A stretch of DNA of 64,000 nucleotides from a virus (IMGVR_UViG_3300020577_002429:17943-81942); one strand, 5' to 3'; shown: positions 27,870 to 37,490, counted from the first letter of the stretch. A program made the numbers and translations. The notes: generated from the sequence alone by a model not told the origin.

Positions 27870-29192
27870 CTATCTCCTTCTATTATTAGAATATAGCGAT
27901 CTTTTTATAGGCGTATGTCTTGGTACAACTTTTAAAGGAGCAGATTCTACTCGGTTATCAATTAAACTACCAGTCTTAGCTTCCATATCAGCAAGCTTAG
28001 CTGCTGCTGCTTGTAATCCTGGAGCGTCACCTAATGACTCTAGACAACGCATAACAACACGCTGAGCCAGCATTGGGTGAAGTTCAATCGGGATTTGTGG
28101 AATAGATGTCTCTTCAGATAAAGAGATAGCATCGTCAATGTTTAATTTTTTTGGAATAGTAACAGATCCAGCTGATAAAACATTCTCAACAATAGAGAAC
28201 GTAGCCGTTGTATCAAAGTTATCTCCAACAGAAATACCCACTCCACCGTTTTCAATAGTGAAATTATTAGCATCTACTTGTTGCATGATGAGTCTATTAT
28301 CGGAAAAAGATGAATTAAATAACGGAACGAGTAAAACAATAACATCAGAGTTTGAAACTGCTGTAGAAATATTTACTCGGTATAAATTAGCACCCGGAAC
28401 AATCGGAGGAGTGTCAGATCCGGTTTTATCAAACCAAAATACATTCTTTTCATTAGAGCCTTGACTATTATCAACCACTTGGATATAAGAAGATCCTGTA
28501 ATAAGCGAGAATAGAGGTAAGGTATACTGTTCTTTTTTAACAGTACCAAAAGTAAAATTAAGATTTGTATCAGTAGCTAAACCTTCAGGAGAAGTTTCTT
28601 TAGCGATTAACTTAAAAGATGATTTAGAAGATGTAATATCAAATGATGATACATTCAAGAATTTTTCAGGATATTTATCTATAGCGACTAATCCATTATT
28701 ACGATTAATTGATGTAACATAAGCAACATCATCTTCAGAGACGATGCTGTTAGGTCTAATATAGTAAGAAACATTAAGTTTACCTACCGATAATGAAGAA
28801 GGAACAACAATCTCATCACCTTCAATATAGAAAGCTCTAAGATTAGATGTTTGAAAATTACCCCACGTATCAGTAAGATCTTCTACAGAAATGCGAGTCA
28901 TCTCATAAAGACTATTACCGTCATTATAGCAAATGTCTCTAAGCTTATTACCAATAGCCCGATTAGGAATTGTATATCGGTTTGATTCTGTCGATAAATC
29001 TATACTCTCGGTATATAAAAAGTAGTCCTCATGATACATAAGTATATGAGGAACAACACCAAGATCCATCTCTTCATTAATAAATGAAAGAAAATCCTTC
29101 TCTTGGAAGGTACTTTGTGTCGATGGAATTGACGCTTTGAGACTAACTAAATCAATTAGCTTCTGAGTAGTGAGGCATTTGATATTAGCCAC
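27870..29192 (-). CDS. head-tail adaptor/tubular protein A-like
   Basis: N-term helix with FLSFINEEM, YTIPNRAIGNKLRDI; C-term PQIPIELHPMLAQRVVMRCLE. Confidence 0.65.
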   Translation of the reverse strand: MANIKCLTTQKLIDLVSLKASIPSTQSTFQEKDFLSFINEEMDLGVVPHILMYHEDYFLYTESIDLSTESNRYTIPNRAIGNKLRDICYNDGNSLYEMTRISVEDLTDTWGNFQTSNLRAFYIEGDEIVVPSSLSVGKLNVSYYIRPNSIVSEDDVAYVTSINRNNGLVAIDKYPEKFLNVSSFDITSSKSSFKLIAKETSPEGLATDTNLNFTFGTVKKEQYTLPLFSLITGSSYIQVVDNSQGSNEKNVFWFDKTGSDTPPIVPGANLYRVNISTAVSNSDVIVLLVPLFNSSFSDNRLIMQQVDANNFTIENGGVGISVGDNFDTTATFSIVENVLSAGSVTIPKKLNIDDAISLSEETSIPQIPIELHPMLAQRVVMRCLESLGDAPGLQAAAAKLADMEAKTGSLIDNRVESAPLKVVPRHTPIKRSLYSNNRRR

Positions 29193-29194
29193 AA

Positions 29195-29536
29195 TTACCC
29201 CTTAGCTAATTCTAATTTTTTCTCATTTAATTTAGCAATTAATTTATCAATATCTTCAGGAGTTTCACAAGAGTCAACAACTTCCATCATTTCATCTTCT
29301 GGAGATTCATCTTCCATCTCAGGCATTTCTTCAACAACATCTTTAGCCTTCTCTAAACCGGCTTCTAGACCTTCTTGATCTGGAGCAGCAACAGTAACCT
29401 TTTTCATAGATTTCATGTCGTCAGCCATCATATCACCAGCCATTTTACGCATACCTTTTACGGCAGCTAATTTAGCTTCTTTTTCGATAGGATCAATCTT
29501 CTTTTTAGCTCCTAATAACTCTTTCAAATCTTTCAT
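29195..29536 (-). CDS. hypothetical acidic protein
   Basis: ORF track; SD GGGAG. Confidence 0.65.
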   Translation of the reverse strand: MKDLKELLGAKKKIDPIEKEAKLAAVKGMRKMAGDMMADDMKSMKKVTVAAPDQEGLEAGLEKAKDVVEEMPEMEDESPEDEMMEVVDSCETPEDIDKLIAKLNEKKLELAKG

Positions 29537-29554
29537 AGAATAACTCCCTTATAC

Positions 29555-29567
29555 TAATATATGTTAA
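29555..29567 (-). promoter_or_regulatory. putative late promoter motif
   Basis: TTAACATATATTA, overlapping the upstream stop codon; 18 nt before ATG 29536. Confidence 0.75.
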
Positions 29568-29794
29568 TTTTTCTTGTAAATGTCGCCTTTATAAGCGTCC
29601 ATAAGCATACGTTTAATCTTAGCAAAAGAACCAGCTTGGTCGTAAGCTTGGTCAACTGCTTGAGGTCTGGCTTCTGGAGATAGTTGATTAATTTTCATAG
29701 CCACTCCAGGATCTAAGTCTGTTGTAGGATCATACGAGGGAGCAAAGATGTCCTCAACGCTAGAAATAGCCCTTTTTCTTCTTATATCATCCAT
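29564..29794 (-). CDS. hypothetical protein
   Basis: ORF track. Confidence 0.55.
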   Translation of the reverse strand: MDDIRRKRAISSVEDIFAPSYDPTTDLDPGVAMKINQLSPEARPQAVDQAYDQAGSFAKIKRMLMDAYKGDIYKKN

Positions 29795-30012
29795 AAAGCA
29801 CCTATCGCTGAAGATATAGCTAATGTCAATACTGCATATTTAGCTATTTTTTTATATAATTTAAGATCTGCATCACTTTTTCTTAAAGCATCCAAATCTA
29901 TAACATTGTCCATATTATCTAAATAAATACGTTTTTCAACAATAAGAGATCCGGTCTCCCGTATTTGCTGAATAGCCTGTTTTTTGTCTTTATGTGGTAA
30001 CATGATAGCCAT
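29782..30012 (-). CDS. small membrane protein
   Basis: C-terminal TM helix. Confidence 0.55.
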   Translation of the reverse strand: MAIMLPHKDKKQAIQQIRETGSLIVEKRIYLDNMDNVIDLDALRKSDADLKLYKKIAKYAVLTLAISSAIGALWMI

Positions 30013-30311
30013 TATTTAATCACTTTCAAACGAGCCTCAGCTCTTAGTTGCTTAATTTCATCTGGACAAGGCGTACCTAGCTCCAATTCTTTAATAATCA
30101 AATAGTCAGTATCTTTTAAGTAAGCAAGAGCTTCCTCTGATTGTTTTTTTGCAAGCAACTCACTAGTAAGATCTTTTATATCAGTAGTAAACTCTTCACC
30201 AAAAGATCCGTTAGCTGATTCACTATCAACCCAAGAAAGAGCCTCTTCCATATCAGAAAAAATGCCCTCATTAGTTACTTCACTATTTCTAATTATTCTA
30301 ACTCTAATCAT
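30012..30311 (-). CDS. tail-fibre assembly chaperone-like protein
   Basis: LAYLKDTDYLIIK...EIKQLRAEAR motif; likely start ATG 30311 (track start 30356). Confidence 0.55.
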   Translation of the reverse strand: MIRVRIIRNSEVTNEGIFSDMEEALSWVDSESANGSFGEEFTTDIKDLTSELLAKKQSEEALAYLKDTDYLIIKELELGTPCPDEIKQLRAEARLKVIK

Positions 30312-30312
30312 A

Positions 30313-30894
30313 TTAAACCTTCTGTATAATAAGTGTATTACGAGTGGCAGCAGCAACTATAGATTGATTAGAACCAGCTGCATGCGAAACCTGTATAGCA
30401 AATTGTTGACTTGCTGTAGCCGAAACTTGCAGCATAATTACTTGAGTTGTCTGGCTAGATCCTCCAGTATTAAAAGATCTGATATTATGCGCTAATATTG
30501 TTACAGAGGTCGCATCAGTTATGTACACATTTCTATCACTAGCAGCAACAGTATCGCTGAATGTAATGGCTACAAATATATTATATAAACCAGCAGAAGG
30601 CGCTGTAAATATTCCAGTAGTAGCATTAAATACGTTAGACGTATCTGAAATCTCGGTCCAGTTAGTTATTGTTGTAGTTAAATTATTTGGAATTGTTTGA
30701 CCGCTAGAATTTCTGGCTGAAACAGATACAGTAGCCGGTACACTACTAAGGGAAGACCAAGCACCATTTTCATATTTTTCAAATTGGGCATTAGCACTAT
30801 TATAGATTAAATCTCCATCTTCAGGATCTGATGGACGAGCTGCCACTGGTGACAGTGACAACCCCTTTCCAATTTTAGCATGATTCCTAGACAT
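30313..30894 (-). CDS. tail fibre tip with C1q-like domain
   Basis: PSDPEDGDLIYN trimer motif; FNATTGIFTAPSAGLYNIF C1q-like signature. Confidence 0.65.
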   Translation of the reverse strand: MSRNHAKIGKGLSLSPVAARPSDPEDGDLIYNSANAQFEKYENGAWSSLSSVPATVSVSARNSSGQTIPNNLTTTITNWTEISDTSNVFNATTGIFTAPSAGLYNIFVAITFSDTVAASDRNVYITDATSVTILAHNIRSFNTGGSSQTTQVIMLQVSATASQQFAIQVSHAAGSNQSIVAAATRNTLIIQKV

Positions 30895-30903
30895 TAATTA
30901 TCC

Positions 30904-32508
30904 TTATACTGCAAATTTATTTTGCTGGTAAGTCATTGTCATAGTTCCAGATTCAGTGTTTGTATGTCTGATGTTAATATTAGCACCATTTACAACGGCT
31001 TCAAATACAACAGTACTATCTACTGTCTCAACAAAACTATCATTTAATGAAATATTTGTCCCATCAGTAGCTACTAACATTTTACCAACTCTAACCAAAG
31101 TACCTTTTGAAATACGATACTCAATAACACATCCATTAAAAGATGCAAATGCAAAAGTTAATCCGGTAACGACCTCATTAGTCACATTAGCACCTAATGA
31201 AGCATTGGCAGCTTGAACTAGTGTTGTATTATGTAACGGTTCTTTATTATCTAATTGAGTTTGAGCATTAGATGATAAACTATTGATATATTGTAATTCA
31301 GTATTAGTAACACTACCGTCTGCCAACTTTACAGCATCAATGCCAGTAGCAACTTTAGCATTACTGATAGAAGCGTCAACTACAATTGCAGTAATAGTAT
31401 TTGCACCATCGTCATAAGTAAACTCAATAGTAGAAGTATTACTAAAAATATTACCAACAGCATCTTGTGCGGCTTCAGTAAAGTCACTAACTTCGGCAGA
31501 GGTGATAGAATTAACCTTTAATCCAGCAGCAGACTTAGATAACGTAGTACCGTCTAACTCTAAAGCTAATTGACCGGTAACAAACTGTAAACCTTCTCCA
31601 TCGTGGTCAACTGAAACATTAGATCCTGAAACAGTAATACCATCACCGCCAACTAAAGAAGCTGATGAATTAAAGAATACAAAATTAATAGGATCGGTAT
31701 CAAGTACAGCAACAACCCCTGATTGGACAAATACCTTTCCAGCATTTGCGGTACCCTCTTGAACTGCAACTAAAGAACCATTTACTTCATCAATTGGACT
31801 TAATGAATCGAAGTCAGTAGATCTAGTTGGAGTAGCTGAAACAACGTAAATACCATTAGCTTCTGCTGCTGTTTGATCTTTTACTAATACTCGGTCGCCA
31901 TTAGCTAAAGTAACACCATCAACTACATCTCCAGCATTTAACGCGGTAGCAATTGTAATGTTAGCAGTAGTAGCAACGCGAACAGCAGCTTTAGGTTTTA
32001 AGCCTTCAAGCGCCGCATCGAATTGGCCCTTATTTACTGCATCAGATGCAGCAGTACCAGCCGCTAGTGATGTGAGCTTAAATCCACCCATAGATTGAGC
32101 CGCAGTAAAAGCGACACTACCATCCTTCTTAATAACAGCACTATCTAACGCTCTAGTGTCAACATCGGACTGGAGTTCATTTAATGCCGACTGAACGTCT
32201 GTTGCGGCTAAGTTGCCAGCTGGCACATTCGATATAGCAGATGCGGCGTGGGCATTTGACACGTCATTTACGTGAGCATCTAATGCTGCTTGATCCGTTA
32301 CTTTTCTAAAGTCAGTATTACTACCTGAAGTATTTTTAATATACACTTCACCGTTTGATCTAACATAAATACTACCAGCTACAGCGTCTACTGCCGTAAC
32401 CGTGGGATCAGCTGAATTGCCGGTAATAATTTGAACATCTGATTCTTGAAAACGTAAAATCTTCTTTAAAAGTTTTACTGCTCCAAGATTAAAAATTGTA
32501 CTAGCCAC
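30904..32508 (-). CDS. tail fibre protein
   Basis: GLKPKAAVRVATTANI...VDGVTLANGDRVLVKDQT...NGIYVV module; AQDAVG repeat. Confidence 0.75.
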   Translation of the reverse strand: MASTIFNLGAVKLLKKILRFQESDVQIITGNSADPTVTAVDAVAGSIYVRSNGEVYIKNTSGSNTDFRKVTDQAALDAHVNDVSNAHAASAISNVPAGNLAATDVQSALNELQSDVDTRALDSAVIKKDGSVAFTAAQSMGGFKLTSLAAGTAASDAVNKGQFDAALEGLKPKAAVRVATTANITIATALNAGDVVDGVTLANGDRVLVKDQTAAEANGIYVVSATPTRSTDFDSLSPIDEVNGSLVAVQEGTANAGKVFVQSGVVAVLDTDPINFVFFNSSASLVGGDGITVSGSNVSVDHDGEGLQFVTGQLALELDGTTLSKSAAGLKVNSITSAEVSDFTEAAQDAVGNIFSNTSTIEFTYDDGANTITAIVVDASISNAKVATGIDAVKLADGSVTNTELQYINSLSSNAQTQLDNKEPLHNTTLVQAANASLGANVTNEVVTGLTFAFASFNGCVIEYRISKGTLVRVGKMLVATDGTNISLNDSFVETVDSTVVFEAVVNGANINIRHTNTESGTMTMTYQQNKFAV

Positions 32509-32523
32509 TTATGTCTCCCTTTG

Positions 32524-33033
32524 TTATTTTAATAAATTCAGGATAATATTTCCTGAAGTAATGTTGTTTTTTAATGATTTAATTGAAATTCTTGAGCCAG
32601 TTGGTACGTTTACCTCTACTTCACCACCACCCAAAGGTAATGCGCATAGCAGAGTTTCTGAAGCTGGAGCACCAACATACAACGCCATATACTCACCAAT
32701 GTCGTCAATGGATTGAATCTTGACTGTGGTTTGAGTAGTTGACGCGACTAATTGTAGATATGTAGAAGTTGTAATATTAGTTACGCTAGCGTCGATAAGA
32801 GATGTTACCGCATAAGTTGCTGGAGGAGTAACAACAAAAGATCCAGATACTGCAATTGGGGAAGTAAGCTTATTATCAATACTTTCTAATACTGTAATTT
32901 GATCATCTTGTTTTGCTTCAGTAGCACCGCCGACAGGAGGAGCGAATGTACCAGAAACTCTCAATGTTTCCGTAGTACCATCAAATACTTTTCTAAATAT
33001 ATTGTCGCTACTTAAGTTTCTTGGATCTGACAT
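32524..33033 (-). CDS. virion structural protein (short paralogue of 44916..47447)
   Basis: Shares NI.RKVFD.TT.TL and SID.KLTSP motifs. Confidence 0.6.
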   Translation of the reverse strand: MSDPRNLSSDNIFRKVFDGTTETLRVSGTFAPPVGGATEAKQDDQITVLESIDNKLTSPIAVSGSFVVTPPATYAVTSLIDASVTNITTSTYLQLVASTTQTTVKIQSIDDIGEYMALYVGAPASETLLCALPLGGGEVEVNVPTGSRISIKSLKNNITSGNIILNLLK

Positions 33034-33041
33034 ACTACTCC

Positions 33042-33422
33042 TTAATTGTTAATATAACCAACCCCTACAAACTTAACATTCCAACTAGTTGAACCGGCAA
33101 AGGTATACTCTACAAAAACACTGGCAGAGGGGAATAATTTAATTGCTGGAGTAGCAAAATCTGGTGAAGTTGGAAAACTCCCTCCAGCATAAGTTGTACT
33201 GAGTCCATTGGGGTATGAAATTCTTATGTTAATATGATTAGCGTTATTAGCACCGCCATCACGACTAGCTTGAATTAGTGATAAGTATATATCAATAACC
33301 TGCTCAGTACCTACTGTCACTATTAGCGTAGAGAAAGTTCCACCGCCGGTGGAGGCTGCACTAACTGTATTAAAAGAAGATATCATGATATCTTTAGTTG
33401 TTGACGCTGGATATTTAGTCAT
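33042..33422 (-). CDS. virion structural protein
   Basis: ORF track; beta-rich. Confidence 0.55.
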   Translation of the reverse strand: MTKYPASTTKDIMISSFNTVSAASTGGGTFSTLIVTVGTEQVIDIYLSLIQASRDGGANNANHINIRISYPNGLSTTYAGGSFPTSPDFATPAIKLFPSASVFVEYTFAGSTSWNVKFVGVGYINN

Positions 33423-33431
33423 TTAAACCTC

Positions 33432-35174
33432 TTATAATTTTAAGTAATGAACCACAAGACCGCAATCTTCTGGTAAAATTGTTGTACCATTTTGTAATTG
33501 AATAACATCACATTTCAAAATAGATTTTTTAGCAATAAATTGAGAAGACACATTAAGAATAGGTGCCGTACAGCCTGTAACAGTGTCTCCTACTCCAATC
33601 CATTTACCATCACCAGCTGTGAAAGCTATAGAAGGATCTGTGGTAAATAAGTTAGTAAAAGATCCAGCACCGAAAGCTTTAGAATATAATCTAAATCTAG
33701 TAGCTCCGCCTTCACCAACTTTAATATTATATAAGAATACATTAGTGATAATCATGTCATAAGGAATAACAGTATACCCATCAATTGCATCAATCGGAAA
33801 TACATCAGTAGGATCGTAATACGAACCGTTAAGTTTAAATTCAATGGTTTCTTCTGAGAATTGTGGATTAACCCAAGATAATCTAGTACGCTGAGAAACA
33901 CTATCTCTGTAGTAAATTACTGTTTGATTTTGTTTTAAGATATAATTAGCGCCGCTATTTGTCGTAATACGATTAGTAGCAGTTACTCCAACATCTTCAT
34001 TTACAATAGTAATATCAGTTGAAGAGGTATTGATAATCATACCAAAACTTCCAGCAGATAAACCGGTAATTTCATTAATAGTAGGTTTTACTCCAGTGAT
34101 GCGAGTTACTGCACCACCTGATAATGTCAGGACTGAATTAGTTGTGGCATCATTTACAGACGGTAAGTTAAGAAGATTTTGAATAGTCTTCTCACCTGTA
34201 ATAGTTTGAGTAGTATTAGCAGTGATAATTTCTGACTCACTACCTAAAGCCCCAACTTTAAATTTAGAAGCAAGAGCATCTTGGTACGCAATGCTACCAT
34301 CAACGCCGGTACGCTCAATAGTTAATCCAGCCAGCTCAGCAGACACATCTGAACCACCTTTATTTACTGTAACATTAGCATCGGTAACATCAAGAGTTTG
34401 TGAGTTGATTGTAGTAAATGTACCATTAATAGTAGCATTACCATTGATAGTAACATCAGCATTAATAGTTGTAGTACCTTCAACAGTAAGAGTATCGTTA
34501 ATCAGGATGTCATTAGCATCTACATTCTCAAGGTTAGCATCCCAACGCAGAGATAAGCTACCAAGATCTTTACCATTGGTGTCAGGTAATAAGTTCTCAC
34601 TAACGGCAGTAGGTGCGATAAGATTAGATAAATAACGATTAGCACCCGCGCCGCTGATAAGCTCAACATAGCCAGTTGATGTATAATTCCAAATTGTATC
34701 AGTAGTTGTGTTGTAAACGATGTCACCGATAAAGCCAGTTGGCGGGGAAGCGGGAGCAAACGCAACATTAGGAAGACGAACGGCTTTACCTTCTAAAATG
34801 ATTTCTTTTGTAGATGGAGCTGTTAATTTGATAGATCCAGAAGCAACTGATAACTCAGCATCTCCAGCATTATCAACATGAGTGAGTAAACTATCTACAA
34901 TCTTATGTGTAGTAGCTTCTGAAAGTAATAATTTATTATCAGTAGTATTTGATAATGATACTTCTTTATTAGTTAAGGACTGAGCAGCATTATCACCAAC
35001 CAATGTAGTAGTTGCATCAGGTAACGTAACTGTTCTATTATCAGTTTGATTCGCTACAATAGTTGTCTTTTTATTAGCAGTTGCTGTATCTGCTACTGTA
35101 ATTTCTACAGACTTAGATTGGTCAGCACTATTTAATATTCTCAACCCTTTTAAGATCTTTTTAATATTTAACAT
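33432..35174 (-). CDS. tail fibre/spike protein
   Basis: Thr-rich; TITVADT...TLPDATTTLVG, TTINSQTLDVTDANVTVNKGG modules. Confidence 0.65.
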   Translation of the reverse strand: MLNIKKILKGLRILNSADQSKSVEITVADTATANKKTTIVANQTDNRTVTLPDATTTLVGDNAAQSLTNKEVSLSNTTDNKLLLSEATTHKIVDSLLTHVDNAGDAELSVASGSIKLTAPSTKEIILEGKAVRLPNVAFAPASPPTGFIGDIVYNTTTDTIWNYTSTGYVELISGAGANRYLSNLIAPTAVSENLLPDTNGKDLGSLSLRWDANLENVDANDILINDTLTVEGTTTINADVTINGNATINGTFTTINSQTLDVTDANVTVNKGGSDVSAELAGLTIERTGVDGSIAYQDALASKFKVGALGSESEIITANTTQTITGEKTIQNLLNLPSVNDATTNSVLTLSGGAVTRITGVKPTINEITGLSAGSFGMIINTSSTDITIVNEDVGVTATNRITTNSGANYILKQNQTVIYYRDSVSQRTRLSWVNPQFSEETIEFKLNGSYYDPTDVFPIDAIDGYTVIPYDMIITNVFLYNIKVGEGGATRFRLYSKAFGAGSFTNLFTTDPSIAFTAGDGKWIGVGDTVTGCTAPILNVSSQFIAKKSILKCDVIQLQNGTTILPEDCGLVVHYLKL

Positions 35175-35680
35175 TATTTAATTATATTGGTTGTTTTAAA
35201 CCGAATATACCCTTCATAATTGCTATCAGGAGTTGGTGAATTGTTGTTAATAAGTGATGAGTGATATTTAATTTGACCAGTATTATCTATGTCAAAATAG
35301 ACAAATGTAGGTTCTCCGGTCAGGATGTCTCTTTCAATAGACCACTTATTCAATGGATCTACTTCACTATAACTAACTCGTAATACACCTTGCTCAGCTA
35401 CTGCTGTAGTATTCTGTGTTTTACGATAAATTCTATATGCAACTTCGGCTGATTTAGATAGATTATTGTTAAATAGTAAACCGGCTACAGCTTTTGGAGT
35501 GGCAGAGTTAATACCGTTCTCAATGATGGATTGTGTCTCTGTAATTGTACCAAGACCTGCAATGCTTGATAGCACCGCGGTTACTTCTTTTATCCAACCT
35601 GTCACATCTTTAGCCCAGTTAGGACTTGTACCAGGATCGGGTATGTTAAATATCTTATTATTGACCTTGCTATCACTCAT
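35174..35680 (-). CDS. virion structural protein
   Basis: ORF track; N-term PDPGTSPNWA fibre-like motif. Confidence 0.55.
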   Translation of the reverse strand: MSDSKVNNKIFNIPDPGTSPNWAKDVTGWIKEVTAVLSSIAGLGTITETQSIIENGINSATPKAVAGLLFNNNLSKSAEVAYRIYRKTQNTTAVAEQGVLRVSYSEVDPLNKWSIERDILTGEPTFVYFDIDNTGQIKYHSSLINNNSPTPDSNYEGYIRFKTTNIIK

Positions 35681-35701
35681 GGACGATATTCTCCCCTATA
35701 T

Positions 35702-35714
35702 TAATATATGTTAA
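35702..35714 (-). promoter_or_regulatory. putative late promoter motif
   Basis: TTAACATATATTA, 21 nt before ATG 35680; SD GGGGAG between. Confidence 0.75.
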
Positions 35715-35739
35715 AATGGGAGGCATTATTTGGGAGTTA

Positions 35740-36150
35740 TTAAGGATTAAACCACCTAGTGCCGCCGGATTTATAGCTACCGAAAGGGAGACATTGAAAG
35801 TGTACCCAGTTAGCATTTCCGGCTTCGCAGAATAACCCAGCTTTTTCTAATAACTCTGGATGTTCTTTTAGCCATTTGGTTAAAGATAGGTCAGGATCAG
35901 ATACGTCTACTCCCGCACCAACTAGATGTTTAGACTTCATAGGTATTTTAGATTGATCAGTTATACCTTTAGCTTTATAGATTCGTAGATGGTCTGCCAT
36001 TGTTCGATATCCGCTCGTGACAGTCATACTCTTACCCCAAGCAGTTCTAATGATATTGACTGCATCTAGAAGCTTTGTGAGGTTATCCTGATGATCTTTT
36101 GGTAACGTATTGAAATCTGTGTTTTTTAATAGCTCTTTCATTGTAATCAC
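35740..36150 (-). CDS. endolysin, peptidase M15 family (L-Ala-D-Glu/D-Ala-D-Ala type)
   Basis: VTSGYRT, SKHLVGAGVDV, NWVHFQ Zn-ligand motifs. Confidence 0.85.
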   Translation of the reverse strand: MITMKELLKNTDFNTLPKDHQDNLTKLLDAVNIIRTAWGKSMTVTSGYRTMADHLRIYKAKGITDQSKIPMKSKHLVGAGVDVSDPDLSLTKWLKEHPELLEKAGLFCEAGNANWVHFQCLPFGSYKSGGTRWFNP

Positions 36151-36866
36151 TGGCTTTCTCCTTTTTTGTGTGACACGACATCTACTCCTCCGTCTACGAG
36201 TACTTTAGACGAATTAATTGTCCAGTCTAGCTTATTAGATTTAGATATATTATCTGCCGGTGTTAGAAACTGTAAATTAGTATAGTGGTGTAAAGCTGAT
36301 AGATCTTTTTCGTTCTTAGCACAAGAACATGGTATTATGTGATCTACGTGGTAATTAGTGTTAGGATCGTAAAAGCCGTAGTTTTTTATAGCAGTTTGTT
36401 GAAGATGTTCGTGCAGCTGTTCATAGGAACATCCTATTAATTCATACGCTTTAGATGATTTGGTATACCCTTTCTTACGAAATGAAGTACTGATTAAGGA
36501 TCTCATACGAAGATTTAGTTTATATATCGGATCGGTTGCTTTTCTTTTGGCTATACATCTACCACTAATAGCTATACATTTTTCTTTATTTCTAGCATAG
36601 TAATCTCGACGTTTCCTATTCAAACGATCTCGATTGGCAATAACCCACTTTAAGGCAGTAGCCTTAGCCTTTGGTGAATTAGTAGCATAGTGCTTCTTAA
36701 GCTTATCTTTATTAGTAGTGCGGTATTGTTTTTGATATTGAATAACTTTTTCCTTATTGACTGATCGCCAAGCTTTAGAGCGCTCATTCTTACATATCTG
36801 ACACTGCTTTAATTTAATAGAATAGTTATGTCCATATTTACAAGTTCTATGCGATTCATACTTCAT
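36147..36866 (-). CDS. HNH-like homing endonuclease
   Basis: CKYGH..CQIC; basic helical repeats; YHVDHIIPCS...HYTNLQFLTPADNISKSN. Confidence 0.85.
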   Translation of the reverse strand: MKYESHRTCKYGHNYSIKLKQCQICKNERSKAWRSVNKEKVIQYQKQYRTTNKDKLKKHYATNSPKAKATALKWVIANRDRLNRKRRDYYARNKEKCIAISGRCIAKRKATDPIYKLNLRMRSLISTSFRKKGYTKSSKAYELIGCSYEQLHEHLQQTAIKNYGFYDPNTNYHVDHIIPCSCAKNEKDLSALHHYTNLQFLTPADNISKSNKLDWTINSSKVLVDGGVDVVSHKKGESQ

Positions 36867-36868
36867 AC

Positions 36869-36880
36869 TAATATATGTTA
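36869..36880 (-). promoter_or_regulatory. putative late promoter motif
   Basis: TAACATATATTA only 2 nt before ATG 36866. Confidence 0.65.
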
Positions 36881-36888
36881 TTTTATGC

Positions 36889-36917
36889 TTGACTCCTATA
36901 TAAATATATGTTAGATT
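36889..36917 (+). promoter_or_regulatory. sigma70-type promoter of the plus-strand island
   Basis: TTGACT-17 nt-TAGATT with TGn. Confidence 0.7.
36902..36913 (-). promoter_or_regulatory. putative late promoter motif (variant)
   Basis: TAACATATATTT, one mismatch. Confidence 0.55.
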
Positions 36918-36947
36918 GTATACAGACTTTAGCCAGTCGAATACTTT

Positions 36948-36987
36948 AGGGGAGGGAGCTTACTGACGTTACTCTCTCCTCTTTTTT
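36948..36987 (+). terminator. leader terminator/attenuator
   Basis: AGGGGAGGGAG/CTCTCTCCTCT 11-bp stem followed by a T-run, just before GGAGG-ATG 36996. Confidence 0.65.
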
Positions 36988-36995
36988 GGAGGAAT

Positions 36996-37241
36996 ATGAA
37001 GTTAATACCTGTATCTAAGCGTCCAGATATTAGATCTTCATATCAATATAGTATTTGGCTTAATCACGATGACGCACTGACTAAGAGAATTATTTACGCT
37101 ATAGATGGTGATGTTAATTTTAGATTAATTTTTAAACTGCGAAGTCTGACTGGAGATATTTATATGCAATCTGAAGAAATAGACAATTCATTTTTTTGTA
37201 GATTAGAGTATGCTAAATTATATAAAGAATTTGTAAAATGA
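36996..37241 (+). CDS. small hypothetical protein (paralogue 1)
   Basis: YSIWL...IDGDVNFRLIFKL. Confidence 0.65.
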   Translation: MKLIPVSKRPDIRSSYQYSIWLNHDDALTKRIIYAIDGDVNFRLIFKLRSLTGDIYMQSEEIDNSFFCRLEYAKLYKEFVK

Positions 37242-37399
37242 AGTTAGTACAAGACAACAAATTGCGCGGCTATTCAATATGGCTAGATGATCGTAATTAT
37301 AGTAGAAACCATCCCAGTGTTTATACCATTGTTGGAGACTTAGATTTTAAATTATTATTTAAGCTAAATGCTATTAGGGTCATTATATATTCAATATGA
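37238..37399 (+). CDS. 53-aa hypothetical protein (paralogue 2; not in ORF track)
   Basis: MKLVQDNKLRGYSIWL...IVGDLDFKLLFKL; ATGA coupling. Confidence 0.6.
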   Translation: MKLVQDNKLRGYSIWLDDRNYSRNHPSVYTIVGDLDFKLLFKLNAIRVIIYSI

Positions 37400-37455
37400 T
37401 CTTGATTTCTGGAGTGGTCGTCTTAATGATCATGATAAATTATACCAAAGATTCC

Positions 37456-37484
37456 TTGACAAGAAGAAATAGTCGTGATAAACT
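37456..37484 (+). promoter_or_regulatory. sigma70-type promoter
   Basis: TTGACA-17 nt-TAAACT with TGn; ATG 6 nt downstream. Confidence 0.75.
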
Positions 37485-37490
37485 AGTGTT

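Noticed and set aside
35715-35737. Two CUCCCA anti-SD-like motifs after the endolysin stop (minus strand)
   Set aside because: No flanking stems or promoter/terminator to define an RNA; could be chance or a remnant.
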